Part shown: one piece after another, positions 23,906-43,351 of the stretch | Position numbering within the stretch: the first letter of the stretch is position 1 | How the letters are laid out: each line of letters begins with the position of its first letter | NCBI GenBank assembly: GCA_000934665.2 | Contig: KZ538508.1 | Coordinates: forward strand, 1 to 64,000 | Direction: 5' to 3' | DNA from: Catajapyx aquilonaris | Lineage: Eukaryota | Length of the DNA stretch: 64,000 bases | Notes under the pieces: model-generated | Seen by the model: only the letters and a program-made list of their open reading frames with translations | What the model was told of the DNA's origin: nothing | The model's database searches: none | Made by a program: the position numbers and the translations under genes

Positions 23906-25567
23906 TACCATGCCCTTTGGGGTAGGTACATTCTACTATCCCTCTGTCGACGACCACTGCCTGTTACACATAATGGTAGCACAAAGTAAACGTGCACTGT
24001 CACACCTTGTATTAAAATATGAAATATAAGGTTCTGTTGAGGAATGAATACTGCCAATGTAGTTTAAACCCAATATTTGCACTTCATTATCTCGGTAATA
24101 TGGCTGGAAAGACAAAATATCCCTTCATAAAGTGATCCTCTGTACACAGGAATTCACCTCAGAAATTGTTGGTGTTATTACTAAACACCTTGTACATGTA
24201 TTTAGCCTTAGAATGGTACTGATATCACAATGGGCAGTTACTGTCAACGGTATCTGCAATATAATTAACATTTTAAAGTCTTGTCACATCAGTATAATTC
24301 TATTGCTGAATACATTAAATACTAGTGTGGCCACTTGGTACCTTCGAGAGGAGTGTAAAATAATATATGCCTCACAATAATTTTTACAGTACTATTCAGC
24401 AAGTTCAAAGTAATTACTATATGTATTGCTAAAATGAGATTGACATATAATAAAACAGCTAAATAGTATTCCAATTTTTATTATTGTTTTGTGAATGTCT
24501 AAGAATATATCTTACACCCAACTTTTAACTCCCATTACTAATTTGTTGTTTTTGTGGGAGGGATCAGCAAACACCTGGTGCTGGCATGTAACTGGCATGT
24601 AAGAGAGACAAATTTATTCAAAAGTTACATCTGGAGCTCCGTCCTACTGTACAAGGCTATAGCAATTTGGGTCAGATATGACAAACTAGTGTTGCAATAC
24701 GCATTGGAACAATAATTGCCTTCAACATTTTTCCCCCCCTAGTTATTGTTCTTTTACACATACCAACAGTTGATCTGGTGGTGCCTGCTAATGTACACTG
24801 TACAGTACCATATGCCTGGGATAATTATTGCAGGAGTCATGTTATAGGACAAGAAAAACTCCCTCCTGGCACATTCTTTCATGGCCAACCCCATAGTGAC
24901 ACTCCTGACATGCCCTCCCTGGAGATAGTGCTTGATCCTTTCCCATTTCCCCCTCATTATGCTGGTTCTGCCTAGTAAATTCATTTGAAATCTTAAAATG
25001 GTAGTGTTGTGTTACTTTTTTGGGGGGAAATAATGGCAAGGTTTGGCCTTCCATGCCTAAATTGAAAGGTCGAGGCTAGCACTTTTTTTGTGAGATTGTC
25101 AGGGATACACAATGTTGACATAGGCAAATGGAGGTCTATTTTGTGCTACTTGTGTGCAAAATTGAAGCAGGCATGCAAATTCATGCAAATTTTTTGGCAA
25201 AAGGGAACCTGTAACCATTACACTGCTAGTCCACTCATATAGCACCCTGTCCTGCATCCTGTCTTAACCTCCTGAGACCCGAGAAGAATTATTGAGTAAT
25301 GCAATGTCAGTTCCTATTGCATTTTCCATTTTCCCAATAAGAAATGAGAAAAAAATTATAATTCTAAAATATTGAAATAAATAATGACAAACAACCAATG
25401 AGAACATTGGAACTCAATTGATGCTACAAAAGCAGAACGGATAAATGTTGAAAAGTTAAATGCCACTCAATTGATCACTCACATAGTGCTCTAACCTCCA
25501 AACAATGTTTTTTACATTCATTTGCGGAATTCTTGGTAGCAAATCCTCTCAGAAGACAATTAAAGAT

Positions 25568-25888
25568 GATAATAATAATAATAATAATAATAATAATTGA
25601 TACCCCATTATCAGCCCTTGGGCATTATTAGGGGGGGATTTCTCCCAATTTTTTTGTCTGGAACTCTTTCCATTTTTACTATACTTTTTCATCGGAATTG
25701 AGGCAAGGATAGGTAAGGAAGGAAGCGGCTGTGGCCTATAATTATGGTAACGACCCCGGAATTATCCTGCGAAGACCATGGGAAACCACAGAAAACCATG
25801 ATCAGGGTTGCCGGCCTCCGGGATTCGAACCCAGGACCTCCCGATTATCAGTCGGACACCATACCACTCCACCACTACTGCTTCGGTT
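25568..25888 (-). mobile_element. tRNA-derived SINE, family B, with simple-repeat tail
   Basis: Minus-strand GGTGGAGTGGTA A box and GGGTTCGAATCCC B box; TSD CAATTAAAGAT (25557-25567, 25889-25899); (AAT)n at 25568-25597. Confidence 0.8.
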
Positions 25889-26689
25889 CAATTAAAGATA
25901 AATATGAAGCTATTTGAAAGGCCACCACTCCAGGCATGGGCCTTGCTCCTTCCCTTCTTACCTCCTAGCATTGTACCTCGCTATTCTAGATTTTAAAACT
26001 GAACTGTAGAGAAAAGCACACTTCCTTGTGGGTGTATAGGTACAGGCACTTAAAGAAAAGTCACAGCCCATTCAGCTAAAAAAAAAACTTTTTTCGGATG
26101 TCCATTTAAATGGAAATTTGGTCTCAAGAAGAAAAGAAAATTACCAATTCTCTACAGCAACAAAGATTGTCAGACACATCTTTTCGTATTTCCTAATGCA
26201 CATTCCATGTGAATCCCGGGACATTCGCTGCATTGACGAAAATCGCACTCTTAAGTATGATGAAAAAAATAAAACTTATAAGGTGAGCGCCTAGCTTCAG
26301 CAGCTGCGGCATCCGCCATTTTATCCAAGATTTAATTTTCGCGGCCCAAGTCAGATATTCGACACTAGGTGGCTACAGCTATTGAGGCCAGATTGTAATC
26401 ATGGGATACCAACAGATTACAGTTCTGTTGGCATCACTAGTTGGCGCCAAAAAAGCTTATCCAGATGTCCAATATATTGGACGCCTGGTCTCAGGAGGTT
26501 AATGGACCAAGAGTGAGTGGCAGGGGGATCGGGAGGCAGTGGAGAGATTGGTCTAGCATACGTGCATACCTACTACTCATTCTCATGCAATACAACAAGG
26601 CAACATGCCTTTCAGGTGGTAAACGCACAACCCACACAATATTACATTCAAATTTGCAAAGTCAGGGACCATAAATTTGATCGTTATCA

Positions 26690-26690
26690 A

Positions 26691-26755
<65 letters not shown>

Positions 26756-27188
26756 TATTATATATTTTTAGCTTTACCCCATTAGAGGGAACAGAGCCCT
26801 TTTAGTGGGGTGGATTACCACTATTTTTCTGACGAAATTTCTTCGCATTTTTTTTCTCTCCGGTGCGGGGGTCAGGATAGGGATTTGTGAGGTGGGGGGG
26901 GGGGGNNNNNNNNNNNNNNNNNNNNNNNNNNNNNNNNNNNNNNNNNNNNNNNNNNNNNNAGGCCCCCCCCCCCCCCCCCGACACCGCACCTCCTCATGGA
27001 CGGGACAAGGATAGGAAAGGAAGGAAGCGGCTGTGGCCTATTATTTAGGAAGCAACACTGGAATTCTCCTGGGTGGACTGTGGGAAACCACAGAAAACCA
27101 CGGTTAGGATTGCCGGCCCCGGGGCTCGAACCCAGGACCTCTCGATTAGCAGTCGGATGCCTTATCCACTCCACCAAACTGCTTCGGT
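26690..27188 (-). mobile_element. tRNA-derived SINE, family B (spans an N gap); (TAT)n microsatellite tail
   Basis: Homologous to 25600-25888; B box GGGTTCGAGCCC on the minus strand. Confidence 0.75.
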
Positions 27189-27399
27189 GATAATTATCAA
27201 GTTATTGCATATAAAGCCCCCAATCCCATTGCTCACAGGCTAATTCTGTGTTTTGAAATGTTGAATCGGAAATACAAGCATGCTGTGTGCTTTTCTCAGC
27301 TTTCCTCCTCCTTTCTTCTTACTCCTCTTCTCACCTGTTTTAGAGGGGAAGAGGAGGTTCTCAAGGGAGGGAGGTCTTAATTTGTTTTTAGTCATTTGA

Positions 27400-28005
27400 A
27401 GGGTTCAGGATAAAAACGTGATAACCGCCAGTGAAAAAGGCAAAAAGCTCTCGGCCTGATTTTTTGCCGCGGAAACAAATGAAGCATGGAAGGTGTCCTC
27501 TGGTAGGGAGTACATTCATGAGTATTTGAGAATTTTTTCCCACCTGCAGAGAGAGTCAGTCGCTGGCAGTCAGCCTGTGAGTGACCGAGGCGAGAGTACT
27601 CGGCGGCCGTTGAATTTTCATTTCCCCTGAAAATGATGGAACAACTTGAACAGGGTACTACCCATGACTCGCCACCAGTCATCAATGTTCACGAAGTCGG
27701 GGTCACTGTTTGAGGAGTCCAGAATGTCTTGCGAGACTTGCAGCTCTGTCGGTAGGTAGTTTTGGCACGAATTGCATATCTCATGAGTAAAATATGTTAA
27801 CCGGCATGCAGCAGTGGGCTCACAGGCTGACTGTTAGCGACTCTGCAGGCTCTCTGCAGGCGGGAAAAGATTCACGAATACTCCTGAAGGTACTCCACAC
27901 CTACCCACAGAAGGACACCCCCTGTGTTTCATTTGTTTCCGCAGGAAAAAATCAGGCCAAGAACTGTTTGCATTTTCACTGGCAGTTATCACGTTTTTCT
28001 CCCGA
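27400..28005. mobile_element. MITE with ~180-bp degenerate inverted arms
   Basis: AAAAACGTGATAACCGCCAGTGAAAA...CAGCCTGTGAG is inverted at 27819-28000. Confidence 0.55.
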
Positions 28006-28704
28006 GCCCTCCATTTCTTACCCACTTAAATACCAGACCTTTTATCTTGGACCTGGGCAGAGAAGGGAGTGCAATTCTGCCCGGACATGTCAGGTGAAAA
28101 GCGGATAAATACCAAACCTGCTTGGCTGGCCAGTAGCATAGCCACTAGACCACCATGACCCCAATTTAGCAGGCAAATAATTTCCATACTGAAGGTGACT
28201 TTGCAAGCTGACCAATTGAAATATACAAATGTTACGGTATCTCATAAATTTAATGGAGCTGTGCAGGACCTTGCTCTATTAACAACTGTGAGATTCACAT
28301 CTGATGCTTCATCTTTACAATAGAGATTATGTTTATATCTACTTTATGCCATGTGTAATGAACCAATAAATCATGGGGGACACGGTGGACAAGTAGTATT
28401 GTCGCTGTCAGGTAGCCAAAAGGGAGGTCCAGCGTTATAATCCCAGTCACTATCACCTTCACTTGGTCAGGCATATTTTCTGCTTTTCATCCGAGAAGTC
28501 TGGGCAAATAACTGGCACTGGAGTAACATGTCAATGATCATTTCTTCAGCTATTTCCCAAATTGCGGGTGAGAAAGACAAACAAAAGGCAATGTTCATCC
28601 CCTTTGTAAGCAGGTGAAAAAACAATTATTGCAAAATAAAGTTTGGATTTTTGAAATACTTTTTTTCACTCTAGTAGCCTACTTGTAATGTTGACCAATG
28701 TTGA

Positions 28705-29039
28705 AGGGGAGACAGAGTGGCGCCGTGGTAACGTGTGCGCCCACGGATGTTAAGGTCCCGGGTTCGATCCCAGCCCGGGGACACCCCCTTCATCTCATGC
28801 AGAGTTCTGGGGTCGTCTCTGGCTTCGTCTCGGGTGGTATATCCACAGACTAAACCACCCGGGGGAGTTCACAAAACGACCAAGCACCGTTACCGCACTG
28901 CACTTGCACATCCCCTCCTGTCATCCTGCCCGTGGGCCTGGGCGTGTTACAATGTACTGTACAACTAATTAACAAATAAAGGTCTGTGCTGATACCGATA
29001 AGGTGAGCACTATACCCAACAATTATTATAATTATTATA
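28705..29039 (+). mobile_element. tRNA-derived SINE, family C
   Basis: A box TGGCGCCGTGG, B box GGTTCGATCCC; 14-bp TSD TTGACCAATGTTGA (28691-28704, 29040-29053). Confidence 0.8.
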
Positions 29040-31061
29040 TTGACCAATGTTGAGATGCACAGATATGATATTGTGTTAATCCTAAATAATAATAATGTGA
29101 TAAGTTCATGCGGACATATTTATGATCCCGTAATAACACATCCCATGGACATGATATTATACATATAATAGACTCCAAATGTTGCACAAAAGGTTAGTTA
29201 ATGTAGCTTTTCCTAGCAGCCTTTAATATTTGCAGGGCCGATGTTTATGAGTATGCTCTTCACGGATCACATGTTGTGTAGGGCAGAACTGTTGGCTATG
29301 ACCAACAGTACACGTCAAACAGAATCAAAATTGTATATAAGGACCTATTCTTCAGCGACCATTTGATAAGTGCATAATTATGGTGAATGTAAGAATGTAA
29401 CCCTTGGGTACAGTACACTTGGAGTGAGGGACAAATTTAAATGAGAGATTTAAAACACTAGATTCAATGCTGCATCTGCATGATGATGGGCCTAAGGAAA
29501 CTGTGAGTCCTCGTGTAAGTCATGTGAACTTCCGGATACGTCAACAAGGTATTTAGTCACTCTGCTGCTGATGGATCTGGTATAGCCCTTGATGGAAGCC
29601 TGTGCATTTAGAGGTGGGCAACGTAGTCACAAATTTCCATGGTAACAATAAATTTATCCTTATTTTGCTGGCACTAGTATTTTTGTCATCTGCTGACACT
29701 CTCAGTGCACATGACTGTGTCTCTGACGACACGTGGGGGCACTATACACATGGAAATTCATTGCTATTTCCGTGTTCCTTAGGTCATTTGTAACTCATAA
29801 TGACCATTCAGTTATCAGTTTGGCTGGAATTTGTTTTTGACCTTGACGCCGTCAAAAAACCAAAATCCTCTAAATACAAGGGTTTTTCCCAATGAAGTGG
29901 GCAGAAAGTGTTGCTAGACCATCTAGGATTTTGCTGAGAGAAATCACAGATGTACACACATATGCCATAAAGCTGCATATCAAGTTTCATCAAGAGCTTG
30001 GTTTCATCCATATTGGGCGATACCGTGAGGAGGGAAAATATCGCGAAATTTTGAAAGTGGCCAAAAATGAGGCCTTTTTTGGATATTTTTTTCCCGGTTA
30101 GTGGAAGTTATGGTCAAAACTCAATGAACATATACTGTATATCAAATGAAAGAGAATCACGAGGGGAATGCGCCTATGGAATTAGTTTTCCTCTCAAATG
30201 TAACCAGAAAAATGTGTGTGGCATTCCATCCGTCACATGTCCTAGAATTTGGCTCCTTGAAAATTAATGGTAATTCTGCAAAACATAACTATTATTTTCT
30301 CGCGAACCATGCAAGTACCCTGCATGCACCAGGTTTGAAACTGAACATAATAAACCTTGTGTGGGTCACAACTCATGTCACCAAATATGACTGATGTAAC
30401 TCCCTCATGGACTCCTCACGTCTCAGAACATCGTCATGACATTTCGACATTTCCTTGGACATTTCCATTGATAGGGATGTGACCTCGAAACTGTCACCAC
30501 TCCTGGAGGTGAGGTAACAAAGGAGTGTGTTGTATTTCCACCGATATGAATCTGATTACGTGGTATACTCACTATACTGCATACAACTGTGTGATAACGG
30601 ATAAGCAATTATTGCTGATAATAAAACAGTAGAAACCAGAAGTAAATTTAACGATCTTTTCCTAATTCCGCTCACACACTTGGGTAAAAAAATGCGCAAT
30701 AAATATTGCAGGTTATTCGTACTTCAATTTTACAGCGTACTTATTATGTGTCACCTGCATTGCTGAAAAACTTATCACGACAATTACATACATCAGTACA
30801 GTATTCTTCTATGATAACCAACATATGCCTGCCCCTATAGTTAGCTAGGTTATTGTTTTCTGTTGTCCGCCCTTGAAAAAGTGAAGGCCTTCAGTTGGAG
30901 GCTACACCAGTAATGGCTTGCAACACCGAGTAAAGCAGGTATGTTGTTACATAACCACTGTAGCGCCGATGAAGGACTAGTAACTTGTATACGTCCCAGT
31001 CAATAAGCGGTTGTGGTAGACATAGGCAGCGGATTTGTTTTGCTTTTGGTTAACCAGTGTC

Positions 31062-36186
<5,125 letters not shown>

Positions 36187-36765
36187 GTTCTCACAACTTT
36201 CCTCAAACTCCTCGCCTTTTTATGGCTTGTACTGAGTACCAGCTTGTACCAAGAGCTTTGTACTTAAGGTACTTATAATAAATGTGTTCTGCACTGGAAA
36301 TTACCTTGGGAATCACTTAATTTGTTACGAAAATATGATGTCATATATTATGAGTCCAAAACCATCTGGTGAGGATTAACCATCCCTTTCAGCAGACACC
36401 ACTTCATGTTTCACATGCGGTATGTATATATAAAGTATAAGACAGCAAGGTATAGACAAGAGTTTACATTACAAACTGCATCATTGATGAGCACCTGTTG
36501 GGACCATCACCGTCGTCCGTCGGTAGTAAGCAAGATTCTCTTATTCCTTATAAGATGTATACACTGAATACATGACCTTACCGGCTGATATATTAACAAT
36601 AATATATATTAAGCTTTAACACAGTTTTGCGGCGGTTAGTCGTTACAACCTAAGCAGCTTTACCATTTGCAGTAGGTTTTGTAGCTGTTATTATAACTGC
36701 TATGCTACAACTGTAGCAAGAGCGCCTCTAGCGGCCTCAAGCGTCGTTCGTCGTTACGAGCAAAG

Positions 36766-39700
36766 ATGGCGGCTAAGAAACGATCTGGAAAACAACGTGG
36801 TCTTCCCGCCCCGACCCCGTCGCGCAAGAAGCTGTCACGGGCGAAGAAGATGGCAGGCGTAAGGGGAGTAGAGGTGGAAGGGGAAGAGTTCAACAGCCCA
36901 GATATTGACGAGGAGGGAATGAAAGAGGTAGGAGATCAGTATGCGACTCGATAGCGATTTTGGTACGGGCATACGGACAACTCACAGGTGGGTTAGTGAG
37001 TTAGTCCGTTGAATGTTGGTGGTGTGCAAGTGAAGATGAAATCAGTGTGTTCATTCAGTGCAGCGTAACCTGTTGAACAAGTTTAAATTGTAGCATGAAC
37101 TGGAAGGATGCGGTAGTACAGTGATGGTTGATTTTTCAGATTGCAGCTTATGTGAAGCAGCTTAACTTTGACCAAGTGAAGTCCAAGGAAAAGGAAGGCC
37201 AGAAGAAGGATGTGGTATTGCCGGGGAAGCCTAGAAGGCAAAAGGAAGTGGCTAGTAAGAACCTACATTCGAGCCAAGTTCCTGCAGCAATGCAGTTGAA
37301 GAAGGCGAGAAAGGGGAAGACGGATCTACTTGCAGGAAAGCCACGCACATACCTTCTAGTAAAGCCAGAACAGAAGTGGTTTGAAAATATGGATGAGACC
37401 AAGGAACCGAAGGAGTTCCCGCCTGCCTCCAGCTCACTTGTGGAACAACTCAAATCAGCTGCAGAAGCTATACTGGCTAGCGACATAGAGATCTATAAGC
37501 AGCGTGAGTATTGTGTCAGGTTCTTTAAAAAAAACCAACATTACCTTGTAAAAGTATGCTCATACTGTGTTAAGCTGGGTATCCACGCTACAGTTTTCTC
37601 GCGCAAGAGGACTCTGGCACGAGGAACTTTTACTCTGAGACGGACTCTATGGTGCCTCAGGGCCCCTTTGGCCCTTCGGAAAGGGGATGAAAATAGAAAA
37701 TTTTCTACTTTTTCTCTTTCCTCTGATATGGGGCATGCGCAGTTGGCTCGTCGTGCGTGAGATGGCGTGGATACCCCGGTGCCGCAAGTTGAGACATCAG
37801 GAGTTGCAATATTCAGATGCAAGGGTGCAATTTGCACTCAAAAATTGTTATCTGCACTCCAAACTGAGCCTTGGAGTGCAAAGTTTGAACTCCAGTTGGT
37901 CCTGGTTTTTAACCCTCAGACGGTGACGTGCGAAATGCTCGCTCTCCGGTGACGTGGGCACTTTTTGTGACCAAGCCATATTTTTTGTTATATCTGGCGA
38001 AATATAGCACATTCGGGCTTCACTTTTGAGACAATCATAGTGTGATTCCTTCTACGACAAATAGCATTTAGTTTACATTTTTTGAGAAAATAGTACGATC
38101 AGAAAATAATCGGAAAGAAAATCAGTCGGGGCCAACTCCCGGGGGTAGGGGGATTCCACCCCTTGGCGGCCTGGGATGCCACCGGGAGCCGCCAGACCGG
38201 ATCTTGGTTAGGCCCCATCTACGCATTGCCGCCTAATTTATTTTTTCCTGGTCGTGCTATTTGCTCAAAAAATTTAAACTAAACGTCATTCATCAGAGAA
38301 ATAGTCAAACGAAAATGTTCTCAAAGATGAATCTAAATTTGCCAAGTTATAGCAAAAAATGGGTCGTTGGTCACAAAAAGTGCCCACGTCACCGTCCGAG
38401 GGTTAACATGTAATTGAGAACACCATATGAAAGTCAGGAGTGCAAACTTTGCATGTCGACTAAAAGTTAAAAATTGGACCCCTGAGACATGCTAGTGAAA
38501 ATGGTGATGCCCATATTTTAGAAAATGTGCAGCTGGTGGCTACACTGGCATGATGTCATGGAGAGGGATTTGTATTTAACTTACATCTTATTTGCAAAAA
38601 AATATGCAAAATGTACTTGCCCAAACCCAGAATAATTCGCTCACCCTGATATTTCCCAGTTGAGAATATGGAAATGACGAAATATAAATTAATTGCACAT
38701 AAATAGGGTGTCATGAAGGTCGCCTACGTATAGAGTGGCATCTTGCCCACACGATGGCACAAAATGCCTCCTCCAGCGCACATATGACCAAGGTCACAGA
38801 GGTTTAAAAATGCGCGATGGGAGTCAGAAGTGTTCGCTCACAGCGCGCGCTGCATCAAATTAATTCGCTCAGGTACAATGACTCGATGCTCTGGCAAGTT
38901 CCTTTCGAGATAGCAGGCATCATTTCATGCTCGAACTCTGCGCTGGAAGGTTTGACCATGGTACGTGGAAGACCTCTCCAAAAGAACTTGCGAGTAACCA
39001 TACTGACAGCCCACAACGCGGGAAGGTCCGGCCGTGACATCGCACGGTCTTTTCAACTGCCACAGAGAACTGTTTCGGACCTGCTTCGGCGATATTCGCA
39101 GACAGGGAGCTTGCTACCAAGACGTCGTACCGGACGTCCTAGGACAACGACACCCAGGGAGCTGAGAACATTGCGCCGATTGGTCAAGAAAGACCGCTGC
39201 TGCTCACCCATGGCCAAAAGAGGAAGCGATTGCTACGGGTGAAGGAGAGGAGGGGGTGGAGCAAGAGGAGCTGGGCCACAATCATCTTCAGTGACGAGTC
39301 CTCTTTCCAAGTGATCCCGTCGGACACCCGGCGACGCATCATTCGCACGAAAAAGGAGGCTTTCCATCCAGACTGCCTGGAACGGACTGTGAAGCATGCA
39401 GCAAGTGTGATGGTGTGGGGATGTATAGGGAGGAGTGGCACTGGAACCTTGCAAGTTGTGGAAGGGAAGATCGACCAACACAAGTATCAGGCCGTCCTGA
39501 GGGACAGTCTCTTGCCATCGCTTCCAAAGCTGCGCCCGATGGGCGACTTCCTGTTCCAGCAAGATGGAGCTACGTGCCACACCGCAAAAACGACCAAAAA
39601 GTGGCTGGACGACAATGGTATTGGTACCCTGCCATGGCCTCCCGGCAGCCCCGACCTCAACCCTATCGAGACAATATGGAAGAAAATGAAGCAGCATCTG

Positions 39701-42700
39701 AGGCGCATGCGTCCCCGAACTGTCAAGTCACTGGTACAGAGACTTCAAGAAATATGGGATAGTGTGACCCCAGAGCAGTGTGCAGCTCTCTACGACAAGA
39801 TGCCCCAACGTCTGGAGGCTGTTATTGCAGCTAAGGGGGATGTCACGCCTTATTGAGTGCCTTTATGTTATCCATGTTCATTAAAATGCATAATTACTGT
39901 ACCTGAGCGAATTCATTTGATGCAGCGCGCGCTGTGAGCGAACACTTCTGACTCCCATCGCGCATTTTTAAACCTCTGTGACCTTGGTCATATGTGCGCT
40001 GGAGGAGGCATTTATGTGCCATCGTGTGGGCAAGATGCCACTCTATACGTAGGCGACCTTCATGACACCCTATTTATGTGCAATTAATTTATATTTCGTC
40101 ATTTCCATATTCTCAACTGGGAAATATCAGGGTGAGCGAATTATTTTGGGTTTGGGCAAGTAAGTATAAATTTTGTCAAAAGGAATGGGGGGGGNGGGTG
40201 GGGGGGGGGGGGGGGAAATAAGAGTCGCACCCCCATTCCCGCCTCAGTCAGTGGCTACTTGTGAGGATATATTATGTTGCTTTAACCCAATGTCCACCAG
40301 AGATCAATTTGGTAGTACAGTGAAACCTGCCCATTACGGACCCTGGGTATATAGTCCCCGGCGGGTCAACTTGGCAGTCCACCCACCCAACATTCCCAGC
40401 CAATGGCATGCCTGGATTAGGATGGGGGGAATGGATGAGTGGAGGTGAAGTGGGGATGAGTGACATTCAGACAGGAACACCCGCCGGATCAGTCGCCGGA
40501 TGCTCTGCCGGAAGCTAGGCTGCATGATTGAAATACATGTGTACGTATTGTCATTAAAGGTTTCCTTTATAAAGATGTGTGTCGCAACAATTTACGTCAT
40601 CAATATTTCCAAGTTTAATTGTCATCACAGTAGGGCTTAAAAGGTCTGCGTGGCGGAGGGATGTGACGCAGAAGGCAGCGGGAGGTAGGGGGTAGACACG
40701 GGGTAGAGGAGGTCGGGAGCGGCGGGGGGCAAGAGGGGGCATTGCCAGAAACCCCCACCCTGACACTTTAGGGGGCAATCTACTATAGTCGAAACCTATC
40801 TATTGCGGAATTTTTTCTGGGAACGGGCATATGCATAGGACATGCAATGTATTTTTTGACGGATATAACGGAACCTGCCCTACGTGGAAACGGAAGGGAT
40901 TTTTGCCTCCCTTCAGAGAAAATCTCTGTTCATAATGGAAATCAAAACTGGAAAACAGTATGATCATTATCTCCTACGAGTCGCAAAAATATAAACTACA
41001 GCCGGGTTCACTCTGGGCCCTCCCAGGGGGCCTCTGAGTAACCCTTTTCCGACCGTCCGACAGCATGCTGTGTCTCATAATTGCTGGAATTGCTACCGGC
41101 TCGTGGGCTTGAAAATAGGCATATTGGCGAAGAAAAGGAGACTATTTTCTGTTGGAAAACGGAAAGACTTTTGCAGGGGGCCCAAGAAGATTGTGACTCG
41201 TGATTCGTAGGGGCTCTGCCTTCAAGTTTAGTTCACTGTTCAGTACAGTTTTAAATTTCCCATGTCTGGGCTGATGGTCCAATAGAGGAGGGAAAATTAA
41301 TAGCCCAAAAACGTGATGTGGCAAAATTGAGTGTTTCAAATGGGTGGCAGGAAAGTTTCCTCAACAGACACAGAATTTCGTGGAAAACAGTGTGTGGTGG
41401 CAAGTGTCGTGAATCTCGAAGAAGTAGAAAATAGGAATTTGTTCGGGCTATTCCAAGGAGGACATTTTAAACTACAACGAAACTGCCCCCCCTTACATGT
41501 GCTTCACGCCAGGCTATTCCACAAAAATGTATCACAGCAACGCGGTCTAAGTACTTTACTGTATGGACTTATATTGCACCATATTGAAGTAAGGTGCTTA
41601 TTTTTGCTCTCCCCATTTTCCTCTCTTTCGCACTGGCAAAAAAATCTCAGTAATGTCCTTGACCTGAATATAGTGGAAACCTGTCCATTACGGAAAATTT
41701 TTGGGATCCCGTGCTATTCCGCAATACACAGGTTTCACTGCAGTATGTTACCGAATTTGAAAATAAAACAAAATATCCTTGGTATCATTTCTATTGTAAT
41801 TTCAATGTAGCCTTGGGACAGAGAGTTTCAATGTTCATAAGTATCTATGTCATTCTCATGATATTTTTCATTTGGCATGACATCATAAATCACCAGAACA
41901 GTGAGTGCGTTTACATGGGACTAAAAATCGGCCTAGCCTGTGCTAAGCGAACCGGTTTACTCCCATGTAGCCGCTGGGCCTACGATAGACCGGCCTTATC
42001 TGAGCCGTTGTCAGGCGCAGCCCAAGCCTTTTGGATCGGGTGGTCTACCTAAGGCGATGGCCTTGCTTAGGAAGCCTGGGTCAGGCCGATTTTTAGTCCC
42101 ATGTAAACGTACTCATTATGATATAAACAATGGCTTACTGCAGGAATTTAGAAGGCCACATCTCCACACTGCTGAGTCAGCTCACATGGAAGCCAATAAA
42201 AATAGTTGGAAAATTCTGCAACTTAATTTTTGTGGGGAAAAAATTTCGAAACACAGGCCCTCACATGTGACCTTATTTACATCACCGTTGGTGATAGTGG
42301 CAGGTGGCTTGCTCCTCATTGGTTGGCGGGACTCTACCATCGGCAAGAGCCAAGATGCGAGCATCTGATTATTACTTCGTTTTACTTTGCTTTCTCTACC
42401 TAAATGATTTAAAATTGTCATTGTACAGTAAATATTTTAATAATTTGTCATGGAATGGGCAATCATGGAGAGTTGTTTGGGATTATTTCCATGAGCTGTT
42501 CACCCAGAAAAATATGCAACCAAGCATTACTATCATTTGAACATCAAGAAACCACATAACTAATGAATCTTCTACGCTACAAATATTGATCCACCTACTA
42601 TTATTATCATACTACACCAAAGTCTGTATATCGTTATTGATCTGACAAAAGTACGAATTTAGTGTTCGAAATTGGGATACGTAAGCAGGTCACCAGTGGC

Positions 42701-43303
42701 ACCTGAAATGTATAGAGAATGGTCGCCAAAACTGTATGTCTAGTCGCCATTCTTTTATTTTATAATATACCATTACTGTTCCATAGCACAAAATCGCCTC
42801 TAGTTATAGTGTACAGCGTTAATATGCTTCACAATTCAGAAGCATATTTTATATAAATTTAGGCCTAATTACAGTCGAAGCCAGTTATGAGCAACCTCAA
42901 CGGCTCAACCATGCGCAGAATATAAATAATATAAATTCAACTCACAGTTTCATGCTTAAAAGTTGCGCAGCCTTTCACAAAACTCGTGTCCTCGGCCTTG
43001 GCAAACTCTTGCTAGACAAGGCATATCATCATATCAGAAAACGTCTGCAGCCACGGATTTGTTCGCTGCCACTTCGAAAAAGTTGATGGATTCACTTTGT
43101 TCCTCGGTGTTGATTTTATGCTGGCAGACTCCTCTTCTTTGTCAGCTGGTTTGCTGACTTTGGCAATGCTACTGCCCACAAAAAAATCCGAAATCTTCCG
43201 TTTTGCCATTTTCCTCGGGAGAGCACTTCTCGAGTCCGATCCACCTCTCTTGCTGACTGCGACTCGAAACAGTCGAAAGACTATCTAAGACTATTTCGAA
43301 ACT

Positions 43304-43351
<48 letters not shown>

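Noticed and set aside
26901..26980. Poly-G / N gap / poly-C, plus single n bases beside G/C runs elsewhere
   Set aside because: Assembly or sequencing artefacts at homopolymers.
25800..27188. tRNA-like A/B boxes (also at 21190, 28710, 44751)
   Set aside because: They are SINE heads with bodies, tails and TSDs, not bona fide tRNA genes.
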